Part shown: positions 13,201 through 25,500 of the stretch, piece after piece
How positions within the stretch are numbered: position 1 is the stretch's first letter
Layout: each line of letters opens with the position of its first letter
Source of the DNA: Haliotis rubra
Lineage: Eukaryota
NCBI RefSeq assembly: GCF_003918875.1
Contig: NW_025765286.1
Location: 124,001 to 188,000 of the forward strand
Reading direction: 5' to 3'
DNA length: 64,000 nt
Position numbers and translations under genes: made by a program
The notes under the pieces: model-generated
Seen by the model: the letters and a program-made list of their open reading frames with translations, nothing else
What the model was told of the DNA's origin: nothing
Databases searched by the model: none

Positions 13201-16200
13201 ACGAGGTCCCCTGACAACCCATCACCGGAGCCCAAGCTCAGATCAGAGCGCCCAGGGGAGGAGCGATCCCTGAGCCTAGGCTCGGATCACATCCAACCCC
13301 CACAGATGCATCCGATCCACCCCTGACGACAGGCATGGGGGCTGAGCTGCTCGTGGAGTCCAGACATCACACTGTCTATCAAGGATTCACAGACCACATC
13401 TGTTGCTGCAACAAATCAACCTACACCTGCAGCAAGTTGATAAAAAACACCTACAGGTATGCTTGCTTATTTGCGCCTTTGGTGTAAAAGCTAGATGGAT
13501 AGCGCACCCCTGATCGTCATGCACTTCCTTCACAAGACAACTCAAACAGACCAAGTGGCAGTAACAAACGTTACAAATAACGCAGTGTTCAAGCAGCAAC
13601 AAACAGAACCATGCCATTTTACTAGAAGGTAGCTGTTGACGGGGTATGCATATATACACTAGCAAACAGCAAAAACACAGCACACGGGCAATATTAAATG
13701 CTAATAGCCAAAGCAATTTAATCAACTAAACACACTAACATTTAAAGCAGAATAAGTGCTATGCTATTTAGCCTGCATATAGAGAATGAGCAAAACAAAG
13801 GTGATACGAAACGACCACGATTATGAACTCACTCGACTTACCGTAATTTCGCTGAAAACGAGAATATTAGGGCAAGCCTACTATATAATAAAAAAAAAAT
13901 ACATAGAAACTCCTGACCATAGAGTAAGCCTAGCGCTAACAATAATAAAGGAAGAGAGAAGAAGCGTGTGGTCCACCATCTTGCCTGTCACATGGCAGGA
14001 AAACAGGCGACCCACCAGCAAAGTTACAATTCATAAATGAAAATACAGTTGAGCACCGTTGTCTCAATATTCATGGGACCAAGAAAAAATATCGAGTTAT
14101 CCGAACTTCGAGACATCCGACCAGGGCATATCATTACATATCACTATAAAAGAAAACAAAACAAAAAGTAGATTTTATGTATATTTATTTGTATATACAT
14201 TTTTATTCACAGGGATCGCAATCACACATGATACAGTTCAAGTTACAGTGACCGGCCATCTTGAATGATACAAAAGTTGGGTTTATTCAACAATCGAAAC
14301 AACTCAACAATCACAGGCTAGTCACGTGATTACACAAAACCCTCATTGGATTCTCAGTATGTTTTGATTCGAAACTATAATCTGTTACCAGTAATGTTTA
14401 GACGTAACAGTGGGTACTTCCTAATTACTTCCTACTGAATTAATCCTAATTATATAACAAACAAGTGACACCTTCAACTCAATTAGCCCTAATTAGTTTA
14501 CACTACCTCGTCACTTTGATTCATGCCGCACCGTGTGTAAACGTGTGGAAACAACCTTAGGTCAGAGGGATACTTGCCCATGAAAGGTAGGTGAATATCA
14601 AGTTTCTTTGCAAATATCGACTTAAAAGGGTAATTTTCCTTGTTGGGACCATGAAATTATATCGAGATATCCGAAATATCGAGACATCCGTATTGAGTTA
14701 AAAGAGTTTGAATAGTGATAAATTATGAAGGATTTTGCAGGGACCGAGATGTTATATCGAGACAACCGAGATATCGAGTTATCAGAGTTCGACACAACGG
14801 TGCTCGACTGTACCTACATATGAATTCCATCTAAAGCCCGGGCGTAAACAAAAGAAACCATACATACAGTATTTGATTCTTATCACTCATGTTGGTAGGG
14901 ACAAGGAAAGATTCCTGAGAATGAACAAACGCATGTCCTTCCTGAGAAACGACAGCATGAAAAGTAAGGCACGAGGTAGACGACGAGAGTTACCTGCTCT
15001 TGCGGGGCCCTGTAGGGGTGGTCTCGCAAGACAAAAACAAGTTTTTGTTTTGTAAATATTTTTATTAAAATATTTTTACAACTGTCGTAGGATTTTAAAT
15101 GGACATTTTAATGCTTATATGTACCCCAAGGAGGACTTCTTCTGAAAAAGAATCACTAAATCATGTCATTGTTACTTACTGTCTTTTGGCAAGGGGAACA
15201 TCATAGGATGATGCCATGGAAATGAGAGAGGGCAGACATTGGCTGTGGTTACTGCATTCTGTTGGAAGTAGCTGGTTTGCCTGGAAATGGCAAACATTAA
15301 TAGGATAATGTAATAGCTCTGAATCCACATTGTGGAGAATATTCAAAGTGAGGACAATAATGTTGGTATTACAAATGTTGAAAGTTATGCAAGTGAGTGC
15401 ATGGTAATTGAATGTCACTTACATGAGGGTGTGGTCGAAGCAAGCCCTCTGATTGGTCACATTCTTTGTAAATTCGCTGGAATTTTTCTTTTCATCGACT
15501 GCTTAATGTAAGAATATTTTTCAAGCAATGTCTTCTCAAAAGAAAGTATCAGTTGTAAATGTCTCCTTAACAAGCATCAACCAACCAGAGGGCTTGCTTC
15601 AACCACACACCCATTTTGTCGGACATATCGTCATCCATTTGTGTCAAGATCGTTTAGTTGAGGGTCAAAATTGGGTTTCAATCGACTTGCAGAAATAACA
15701 ATAAAGAATTGGTAGGTGTCATGAGTGGTGATCGATAGGCCAATCATCCATGATTATGTTTACATTAAGTCTTAATCGATGGTAGTGTAGCGATCGGCAA
15801 AGCAGGCGGGTGTGGTACACCAAATTGTCCGGCCTTGTCATAATGTAATGTACTGTACAGCATTTTGAGTCGGGGGTCATTTCAAAATTTTTATATTTTT
15901 TTTCAAAATCTTTAATCCTCGCAAAGACACGAGGGCCTGTGGTCTCACTGGGTGTAAAAAGTGCCTGTGTTTCTGCAGACCTCATAATCACACTAAGCAG
16001 CTGTACTTACCATATGCAAGAGTTCCCCGACTAGAATCACTCCTCGTATGAACAGAGGTCCCTCACTGCTGCAGATCACCTCCACGAGTGCCTGGTACAA
16101 CAACCACATTTTCAGCAACAACTTTCAACTTTATCATCAGAAGTGTACATTATGTTGTGCCATAACAGCATCAGAAGTTTTATGTGATTTGTTTTTGCCA

Positions 16201-19200
16201 TTAGAATTATTATTTTCTTTATCATCCCTTTGAGGTGAGGCAGAATCAGGATTTATGTCATGTTCCATATTATTCCACTTATACAGAAACAGTTTGTGCA
16301 TTTACGTGGGGTGCTGCTTGTACTAGTATTAATAATGCTAGCCCACTCAGATCACATGGATATCCCACTCATACACAGTACACAGACTCTAACCCAAGCA
16401 GTGCTTGTCAGCATTAGCTTATCAACTGATCCCTACCTCCAGGATTCCTGCATGGATCCAAGCACATAGGATCAAGGCAAGATGGTTTTCCACCAGATTG
16501 GGTCTGGAATATGAAAACGAGAACTCTTCAATCTACTGTCAATTGACAGAAAGTTCAATACTTTTAACATTAAGCTGTTTAAACTCACCTTGAACAGTAT
16601 TTCAGCTATATCACAGCATTAGTGTGGAAACCCTTACAACCAACTATAGCTCCTTAGACGTCTAGACTGTGAAAACCACAGCTTAATGAGAAAGAGACAT
16701 TTACACTATCACACCCATTTCCATGTATACCGATTAAAAATTTAGCATAGTTGATTTCTTTATCACAAATACATGACAGATTAAGGACAAATGATCTTTC
16801 ATATTACTTCAGTTAATCTCTTTTCAGTAGGACTGACTGACTGACTGAGTTTGGTTTTACGCCGCTTTTAGCAATATTCCAGCAATATCACGGCGGGGGA
16901 CACTAGAAATGGGCTTCACTCATTGTACCCATGTGGGGATTCGAACCCGGGTCTTCGGCGTGACGAGCCAACGCTTTAACCACTAGACTACCCCACCGCC
17001 CCTTTCAGTAGGACATGTAAGCAGTAACTGATTCACACAGGACACATCTAGTGCTGAACAGCTCAGTACAATACCTTGTCTTTGCCATGTGAGGGAGGAC
17101 AGTCCGGCCTTCCTCTGCCACGAACCCTTCCGTCAGTCTCCAGCTATCTTGCATCTCACTAGGGTCTGAAAGTTACATCATTTAGACACAATGAAGTCAT
17201 TGTCAAGAGCTTTGTTCAGATTACACACATTTTTTCTTTCTTCATTTTCTCAAAAGATGAGCAAGCTCAGCATTCAGTAAATTATCAATTTGGGGCCAGA
17301 CAATCTAGTAATTAATATTATGAGCAGGCGTCCACAGAGTTGGGATACAACTAAAGAGGGAAATATGGGTATGATATAATGATGCATGGTCGAGTTCTGC
17401 ATAACACTTCTTAAGCCAGTTAATCAGGGCAACATTTTATTTAAATATTTTGACTCAGTCTAACATACGAAATCAGATACAGACAAGAGGTATTGATTTC
17501 CTTGGATATTCTTAAGGAAGAGAGTTTTATGGATGTCAAGTTCTTTATTATGAGGAACACGTTTCGGAGTATATCCTTACTCCTTCATCAGGTGAATGAA
17601 AGCTATGAGGCAGAGAGAATATATAAGAACATGTAAGAACAACAAAAGTAATAAGACAACAAAGATGGAGGCTAAACAATGAAAGTCAACAGTGAACTGG
17701 CATTGAGCTGTGATTGGCAAAGGACAAATGGAAGCCAACACCTAACAGTTAATTAGCACTAGAGCAATATACTATGAAACGTGTTCCTCATAATAAAGAA
17801 GCTGACATCCATAAAACTTTCTTCCTTATTTATATCACTTCTAAATGCCATTCAAAGACTTGTACATTTTTACAGGTAAAAGTAACAGATTCTTGCAGTC
17901 AATAACAATGTCTGTTAGTAGTTTGTTTGTTGAGTAGTAGTAGTACTAGTAGTACATACAGGTTGGGTAATGGTAAATAATACGGATGATTATATTGTTT
18001 ATATTTGTTATGATGATTCAATATAGATTCTGTCACCATAGTGAAGAATTGTTTATTAATGTGATACAGCATCACTTACCAACACTGACAAGAGCAGTAG
18101 CAAAGTCAAAGTCGCAGTTATAAGTCCGTCCACTGGGGCAATGTCAGCTTCCGTAAAACAGGTCAAATATCAACTCCAGGATACTTTTCTGCAAAAAAAA
18201 GAGATTCAGAAAAACAGAGTTGAATAAAACATCAGAACATGTAACAAACTCATTCAAGCAACTGCGTTTGACCATCCAAATCATAATAGTCTACTCTTAC
18301 CATGCTTACATGTCACACTAACAGCCAAGTGGGAGCAAAGCCTGACCATCAGACCCATTAAGTCACCTCTTACTGCCGGCATACAATGCTAGTTACAAAA
18401 TCTAACTGGAATCGACACAGGTTCACCATTAAATCACCACCTACAATTATCAAATGCGGGATGCAGGGCACACATTCTAACCCATGTCTCACAATGTCAA
18501 CTCATGAGAAGCATATCTAATGGTGGATTTCTCCAGGGTTCCTGTTCTCCTGGTTCAATCTAGTGATGTTAAACAGCTGTTGCTCACTGAATCTTACCCT
18601 GATTTCCGCATACGGTAGGTACAAAATCCCTATTAGAGACTGGAGGCCGGAACCCTCTGGGTGACACAGGCGGATGAGACCTGCACACAAAAACATGATA
18701 GCTCAGTAATCATAAACAAACGCAAACACTATCATTAAAACACAGCTGAAATGAGGCTGACCTTCAAGTACCCCACATTTTTTTCTAAGTTTCAGTATAA
18801 TGTACCAGTTGTGTTTAGATTTGCTGGAGTGAGTGAGTGATTGGTTTTTACTTCTACATGGTTGCTAAGGACATTTCTCACTTACTTTCATGTAACTATG
18901 TGCACACTTATACACAGTGAAACCCTGTTAATCCAGATGTACATCGATGCTCATGATGTTGATCACTGGATTGTCTGGTCCAGACTCGATTATGGGACTG
19001 TTTAGTTATGACCCATTAACATTTTTAAACAAATGTAAATGTAAACGATTTAAACAATGGGGTCCTAATTAGACAGGGTCCAGACTAACAGGGTTCCACT
19101 GTGCATGGTTTGTGGCTACACTGCCTTCTGACCTGGCCATGACCTGATGACAGTGATAAGAGCCATCCTGCTGGCACTAAACCTGGCCTCTTGGCTGTCA

Positions 19201-19486
19201 CTGAAACAACAGACAGCTCATCATTATACAGAATGTAGGATAAGATGGTCCATCAAACTCTACCACTTGATNNNNNNNNNNNNNNNNNNNNNNNNNNNNN
19301 NNNNNNNNNNNNNNNNNNNNNNNNNNNNNNNNNNNNNNNNNNNNNNNNNNNNNNNNNNNNNNNNNNNNNNNNNNNNNNNNNNNNNNNNNNNNNNNNNNNA
19401 CAGAGAGACAATATTTAACGCCACAGCCATCAGATCGTGACGAGAGAGAGAGAGAGTGAGTGAGACGAGAGAGAGAGAGAGAGAGA

Positions 19487-19517
<31 letters not shown>

Positions 19518-22500
19518 TGTTTGAGTGAGTTCAAATAGAACAAAAAGCTTTTGTGTCATTTGTTACATCAAAAATACAACATGTTCACAGGCTCGTCTAA
19601 TACCGAGAAACTTACATCATAAACATACAAGGTATTACAAAGTACCATGATACATATGACATGAACATTTCACTGACAGGACACTCACTGATGGGAATGT
19701 TCTGATTCTCCGCTGTATTTGAAGTGACAGTCTGTGAAAGGTGCCAAGAGTTGCTGAAATACAGTAAGTATGAAAACTGCAAACAATAGTCACTGAATAA
19801 CATCTGTTGCAAAGTTACTGGGTATCAGCAAAATAAATGCAAAAACTTCCAGTCTGTGACTTTCTACCAACATTTCCTGGCCAAATATTGGCCTCTGAAA
19901 CACGCATATAAATCATGTAACACACAAGGGAGATAATTCAAAGGCAGTACTACTTATCCATGGAATTATCTCCCTTGATCATCAAACCTTCTGAATGCTA
20001 TTTAATAAAAGAATTTTGATTATTTCTTTGTTTAACGTCACATACAGCAATAAGTCAGTGAGCATTATAAGTTGATCTGGTTTTTCACCTTACAACAAAA
20101 ATGGGTTGCTGAAGACCAATTCCAACCCTGATCTTTGATGGTAATGTAAGTATGGACTGGTGATATTTCCCTGCAGACTACTATTAGGTAGACAACAACT
20201 CTCTGGGACATGGACTTTAAAAGAAGAAAACATTTCTATCCCTGAGCAATTGGTTTCTGGTAACCTATTCTCAGGATCTTACAATTTGAGAACATAAATG
20301 TGAGTGGCACACTGAGTGGCTCACCTCCAAGTCGGTGTTGGCCTTGATGTAGCGTCGAGTCCGTGGATGGTTTAAGAGGTACAACACAGTAGAGACTAGT
20401 GACTCGTTGAGACGAGGGTATTGGTGACATGCCAATATGTTCCTGAGAATTGAACTCACTCCACCACATTTGAACAACACACTGGTATTGTGAAAAGCTG
20501 AAATAGCAAAGAAACCTCATATAGGTTCTAGTACCATAAAATGTCTACAATCACAAAGGCAGATACTATCTTATCAGGCAGGTAAATGACAGCACATTAC
20601 CCTAAATGTCATGCCGAATCCTGGTTTTATCTGATTATTACTAAAAGCATTGTCTGATGTTAGAGTGTTACACTGAAGTATGTTTGTTTCAGCTTGTAAA
20701 TCACCAGTATGGTCTGAGTTGAAATCATGTCCTACAAACAACATTAATGTCTCCTGGAATCAAACATGGCCATGATTTATCACATTCCTCCATGGTCACT
20801 TAAATGTAAAGAGACTTTATAATGAAAAATTAAAAAGAATAAGTTGAAAGCCTTAAGTCATGGTAACTACAACTTCTAAAATGCCACATAATTTTATATT
20901 ACTATTATGGGATATTTACATAGCGCACATATCCACGCATTAGTGCATGCTCAAGGCGCTGGTATTTTTTCCCTCGATCTTTGGATGTCAATCTCAACAG
21001 CACATCTTATTATCAATCTCAACTCCCTGGGGATCATAAAACTCTTGCTGCCACAAGGCACACTGAGTTATTGAGGCTCGGTAAAGGTAATACACCATTT
21101 TATCTGTTACCTTCAGCTGCAGTACAATGCATGATCACAGTAAACTGTAAACAACAGGCCCTCACAAAACAGTGGTCAACACAATGAGGAACTATCCATG
21201 TCATCAGATGCCATGACAAACAATCGAAGAAGTGATCCAGTCTAATCTGTATCAACTGCACACAATCCCCATCTAAACTGGTTCGTCTGAATTAAAAGGG
21301 ACCTATAATGACTATGGGTTCAACGTTATATAAGATTTCGTGTTTAGTTTGAAAAGTGGTCAAAGTTTCATGGTGACCTTGAAGATAAGGTCAAGGTCAC
21401 CCAAATTGACTGGTGTCTGCGTAATCCCCCAATGGTGGCGCGGTTGGCAGAGCTGGCTCAGGCGCCAGGCTACTGATCCAGCGAGGTTGAGGTGTTGGGA
21501 TCGAGCCCACCTGTGACTGTGTGTAAAAACCTTGGCGTCAACTTTGTGTGCAGACTCTTTCCGTGTTGTCACAACCTCTAGATGTATACTCCCCAGGGAT
21601 TTGAGATTGATAATACGATGTGCCGTTGAGATTGACATCCAATGATCGTGAAAAAAAAAAAATACCAGCACCTTGAGCATGCACTAGTTGCGTGGATATG
21701 TGCGCTATATAAATATCCTATAATGTAGGCTGTCACCAAATTTGAAGACATTGGGTACAACAGTGCATGAGACATCACATTAACAAGAGTTTGTAAAGTG
21801 GTCAAAGAATCACGATGGCCTTGAATATAAGATCAAGGTCATCCAAATTGACTGGTGTCTTTGTAATCATCTAATGTAGGCGGTCACCAAATTGGAAGAC
21901 ATTGGGTGCAGCAGTTTATGAGATATCGTGTTAACAAGAATCAGGACGTACGGACGGACAGGCACGTGGACGCTGCTGAATACATAGTCCCCCGTTCCTC
22001 GTTGCTGTGAGGGACAATTAATCCACATTACCAGTGAAAGTGAAAGCTAGTATGCTAGTCTGACATACCTATTTCACACACACTAGCCAGACACACACGC
22101 AGCAGTCGATCACGCTCGCTGGCCCCATCGTTGGCGACGGCTATAAGTGGATACAGCAAGGAAGGACAGAGCTTCTTGGGGGACAGCTGACAGATGTTTC
22201 GGATCAACTTGATGGCATGGACACGCTCTATCTCATTGTCCATACAAATGTCTAAAGATCTGAAAATTGGTCACATAAAATAAATTACATCAAACATCCA
22301 AATTCCATACATCACACGAAGTACTCTATACTGCTGACATTACTGAAGTCCACCAGACCAACTTGTCTTCTGGGAACATTAACAGATTTAGGTGAAAAGA
22401 TCAAAAACATTTTTAGGTTTATTTTTCTAGATTGAAACAAGGTTATGGCAAGTGTCAACACCTATGGCCTCTCCACAAAAATCAAGATGTGCAACTATGC

Positions 22501-25500
22501 AACTACCCAGACCAGATAAATAAGACTGACTGACTGACTGAGTTTAGTTTTACGCCGCTTTTAGCAATATTCTAGCAATATCACGCCGGGGGACACCAGA
22601 AATGGGCTTAACACATTGTGCCCATGTGGGGAATCGAACCCGGGTCTTCGGGGATGACGAGACAACGCTTTAAACACTAGGCTACCCCACCGCCCCAGAT
22701 AAATAAGAGAGAACATAAAGAATGTCACTTGTCAGCAACAGGTGTCATGTTCAAGGGTGGAAATAACTCATTGCCCGACGCCCGAGTCCAGTGTGTTTTC
22801 CAGCCGGGCAAGCAAATTTGTATATCACGCTGTACCAATGTCCAGTTGACTTTCCAATGTTAATTATGTTGTTTATTTAAACAATCAACAAGAAAATCGG
22901 CCGGTATAGAGGAAAAATTATCAGGGCAAGTGATTTTACATGTGCCACTGTATCGGTGTACACTAGCAATTTTAAAGTTATTTCCACCCCTGATGTTTAT
23001 GGTTCGTCAGGAGACTAGATAGACCCGATATAAAGGCAGTGTCTGAAACATATAGACTGTTAATTTCGGCAACAGGTGTCAGAGCAGAAAGGTGTCTAGA
23101 ACACATGGAATATCAATAGTTGGCAACAAGTGTCATGTTTACTGTTCCATCTTGAGGCTAAATAGACCAGATATAAAGGCAGTGTCTGGAACATACAGCA
23201 TGTCAACAGTGGGCAACAGGTGTCCATCTACTAATGATTCCATCTGGAGAAAAGATAAGGTTGTGACTAGATAACGTCTAGCCTAGATGTAAAGGCAGTG
23301 TTGAGAAAGTCATTGTTCAGCAACATGCATCACCTAGTAACTAAACAGAACAGAAAATAGCAGTGACTGGAAGTTAGTGCAACAGTATAGAATGCCGATG
23401 GTTGGCAACAAGTGTCATGTCTAAGGTCTCATCTAGCAACAAGATAGTCTAGATGCAAAGACAAGGCAGTGTCTAGAATGTTGCTGATTGACAACATGTG
23501 ACATGTCTAAGGTCTCGTCTAGCAACAAGATAGTCTAGATGTAAAGACAAGGCAGTGTCTAGAATGTTGCTGATTGGCAACAAGTGACATGTCTAAGGTC
23601 TTACCTAGCAATAAGATAGTCTAGATGTAAAGACAAGGCAGTGTCTAGAATGTCATTGATTGGCAACAGGTGCCGAAGTACTCTCAAGGTGGCTGCTCGT
23701 ACTTCCTTAGCTTCATGCAAAAGTCCAACTCGCAAACTGAAAATGCAACAAAAAGCATGTGACAAATGGAACAAGACTGCAAAACTGCCCTTTAGGTTCT
23801 CTGGATAGAATTGCTTGCCAATAGGCATGACATACTTGACACGCCACTGTGACATAATGGAATACCCTGGATTGCAGCGTTTAACATGATTCTCTTCTCA
23901 CTCAAGACTCAAATATGAATGAGTTCAGTTCAGTGCCTCAGTATTCCAGGGATATCATGATGTGTCGACCCGTGAGGGTCTGGGTTAGAATTGATCTTCA
24001 GTAACCAATGTTTGTTGTACAAGGCGACTAACGGGATAGGGTGGTCAGGCTCGCTGACTGGGTAGACACATGCCATCGTATTCCAATTTGCGTAGATCGA
24101 TGTTAATACTGTCGATCCCTGGATTGTCTGGTTTACAGACCACTGTCGATCCCTGGATTGTCTGGTTTACAGACCACCGCAATGTTGCTGGAATATTGCT
24201 GAGTGCCGCGTAAAACTAAACTCACTTACTCACTCATGATGTGTCAGGCTGTTGTTGGAGGAAACACAGAAATTTCTGGTCTTTCATGTTACAACTCTGG
24301 TAAGACTGGTGCTGGCAAACCTAGACTATTACTGGGGAGCACTAGCAATCAAACCCAGTCATAGATTTATTGTCTATCCCAGAGTTGCAACTCTGCACAG
24401 CAAAATGGATCCTTATAATCAACTTACCAAATAAGAATATCTCTGCTTTTGAGGCCCAGGCCTTTTCCTTTCCCATACTTGTGTATGAGTTTGACAAAAC
24501 AGTTCAAGTAGCCCAGCTTCTTCCCTTTGCTGACATTGTTTTGCTGAACAATGTGACGAAGTATTTCTTTTACGTTATCCGACACATCTGGAAGACGTAG
24601 CAGCACAGATTACAGAATAAATACATAATAGATCTACATTTTAATATTTGCAAGTTAATAATACGTGCCTTCAATATGGCTATCACCCTTGCCTTACCAA
24701 TGTGATGCAAAGATACAAAAAAATGTCCTTCGTATCCTGTAATTTTGCACTGGATAAAATGTGGATATGAAACATCACTCTGAACGCTATTCAGTTGCTC
24801 AACATATGTCAGCACACTTTAAGGGATGAAACCAGACATATCCCATTCACAATGTGTGACTTAAATTCTATTATGATTATGAATAACACAAAAGATTCTA
24901 CACAACACTTACATCATTTCATATGTATTTCAGTCAGTGTGTATATGTTTAAAAACAAATAATTTCTAAGTGTTCTTTTGCCATGTTTACGTAAACAAAT
25001 GGTTATGTTATTATTCAACCATGTCAACACTGATTGTTCAGGCAGTACACATACCAACACTCCAATGTACTTACAATATGAACAGATCTAATAAATCCCA
25101 AATACATTACCATTGTTCAGTGTTTGAAATTATACATAGAAGTTGTTCAAGATCATGCATGGAAGTTGTTCTTGCCATATCGATAATAAAAAGAAACTTT
25201 ACAGTGCCACTACCAGGCCAAAGCAGGCATATTCTGATTGCTTTTAATTTCTTACACTGAAATCATCTCATAGCTATCAGCAGACACATGATGCATGCAT
25301 AACCTTAACTTATTGTGATATATTCTGGGCAGAAACAAACGAAGAGGAAAGCATGGATTAATGTAGGTGACCTCAATACGTCAATATCTTGACCTAGTCT
25401 TAAAAATATAATTTTAACAAAATGGAGAAGCAACAATATCATCTAGGTTATTGCACTTAATACTAATGAATAAATGTGCATTTTAAATTGGTTGTATTTT

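Noticed and set aside
16880-17001. tRNA genes suggested by A/B boxes here and at similar sites
   Set aside because: Each continues into a shared SINE body and microsatellite tail, often with a TSD; no complete cloverleaf.
18144-18146. Selenocysteine or readthrough recoding of the RICTOR TGA
   Set aside because: The flanking residues lose Rictor similarity while another frame regains it, which indicates indels.
23401-23672. CRISPR-like array
   Set aside because: Head-to-tail repeats with no unique spacers, derived from a eukaryotic exon; no cas genes.
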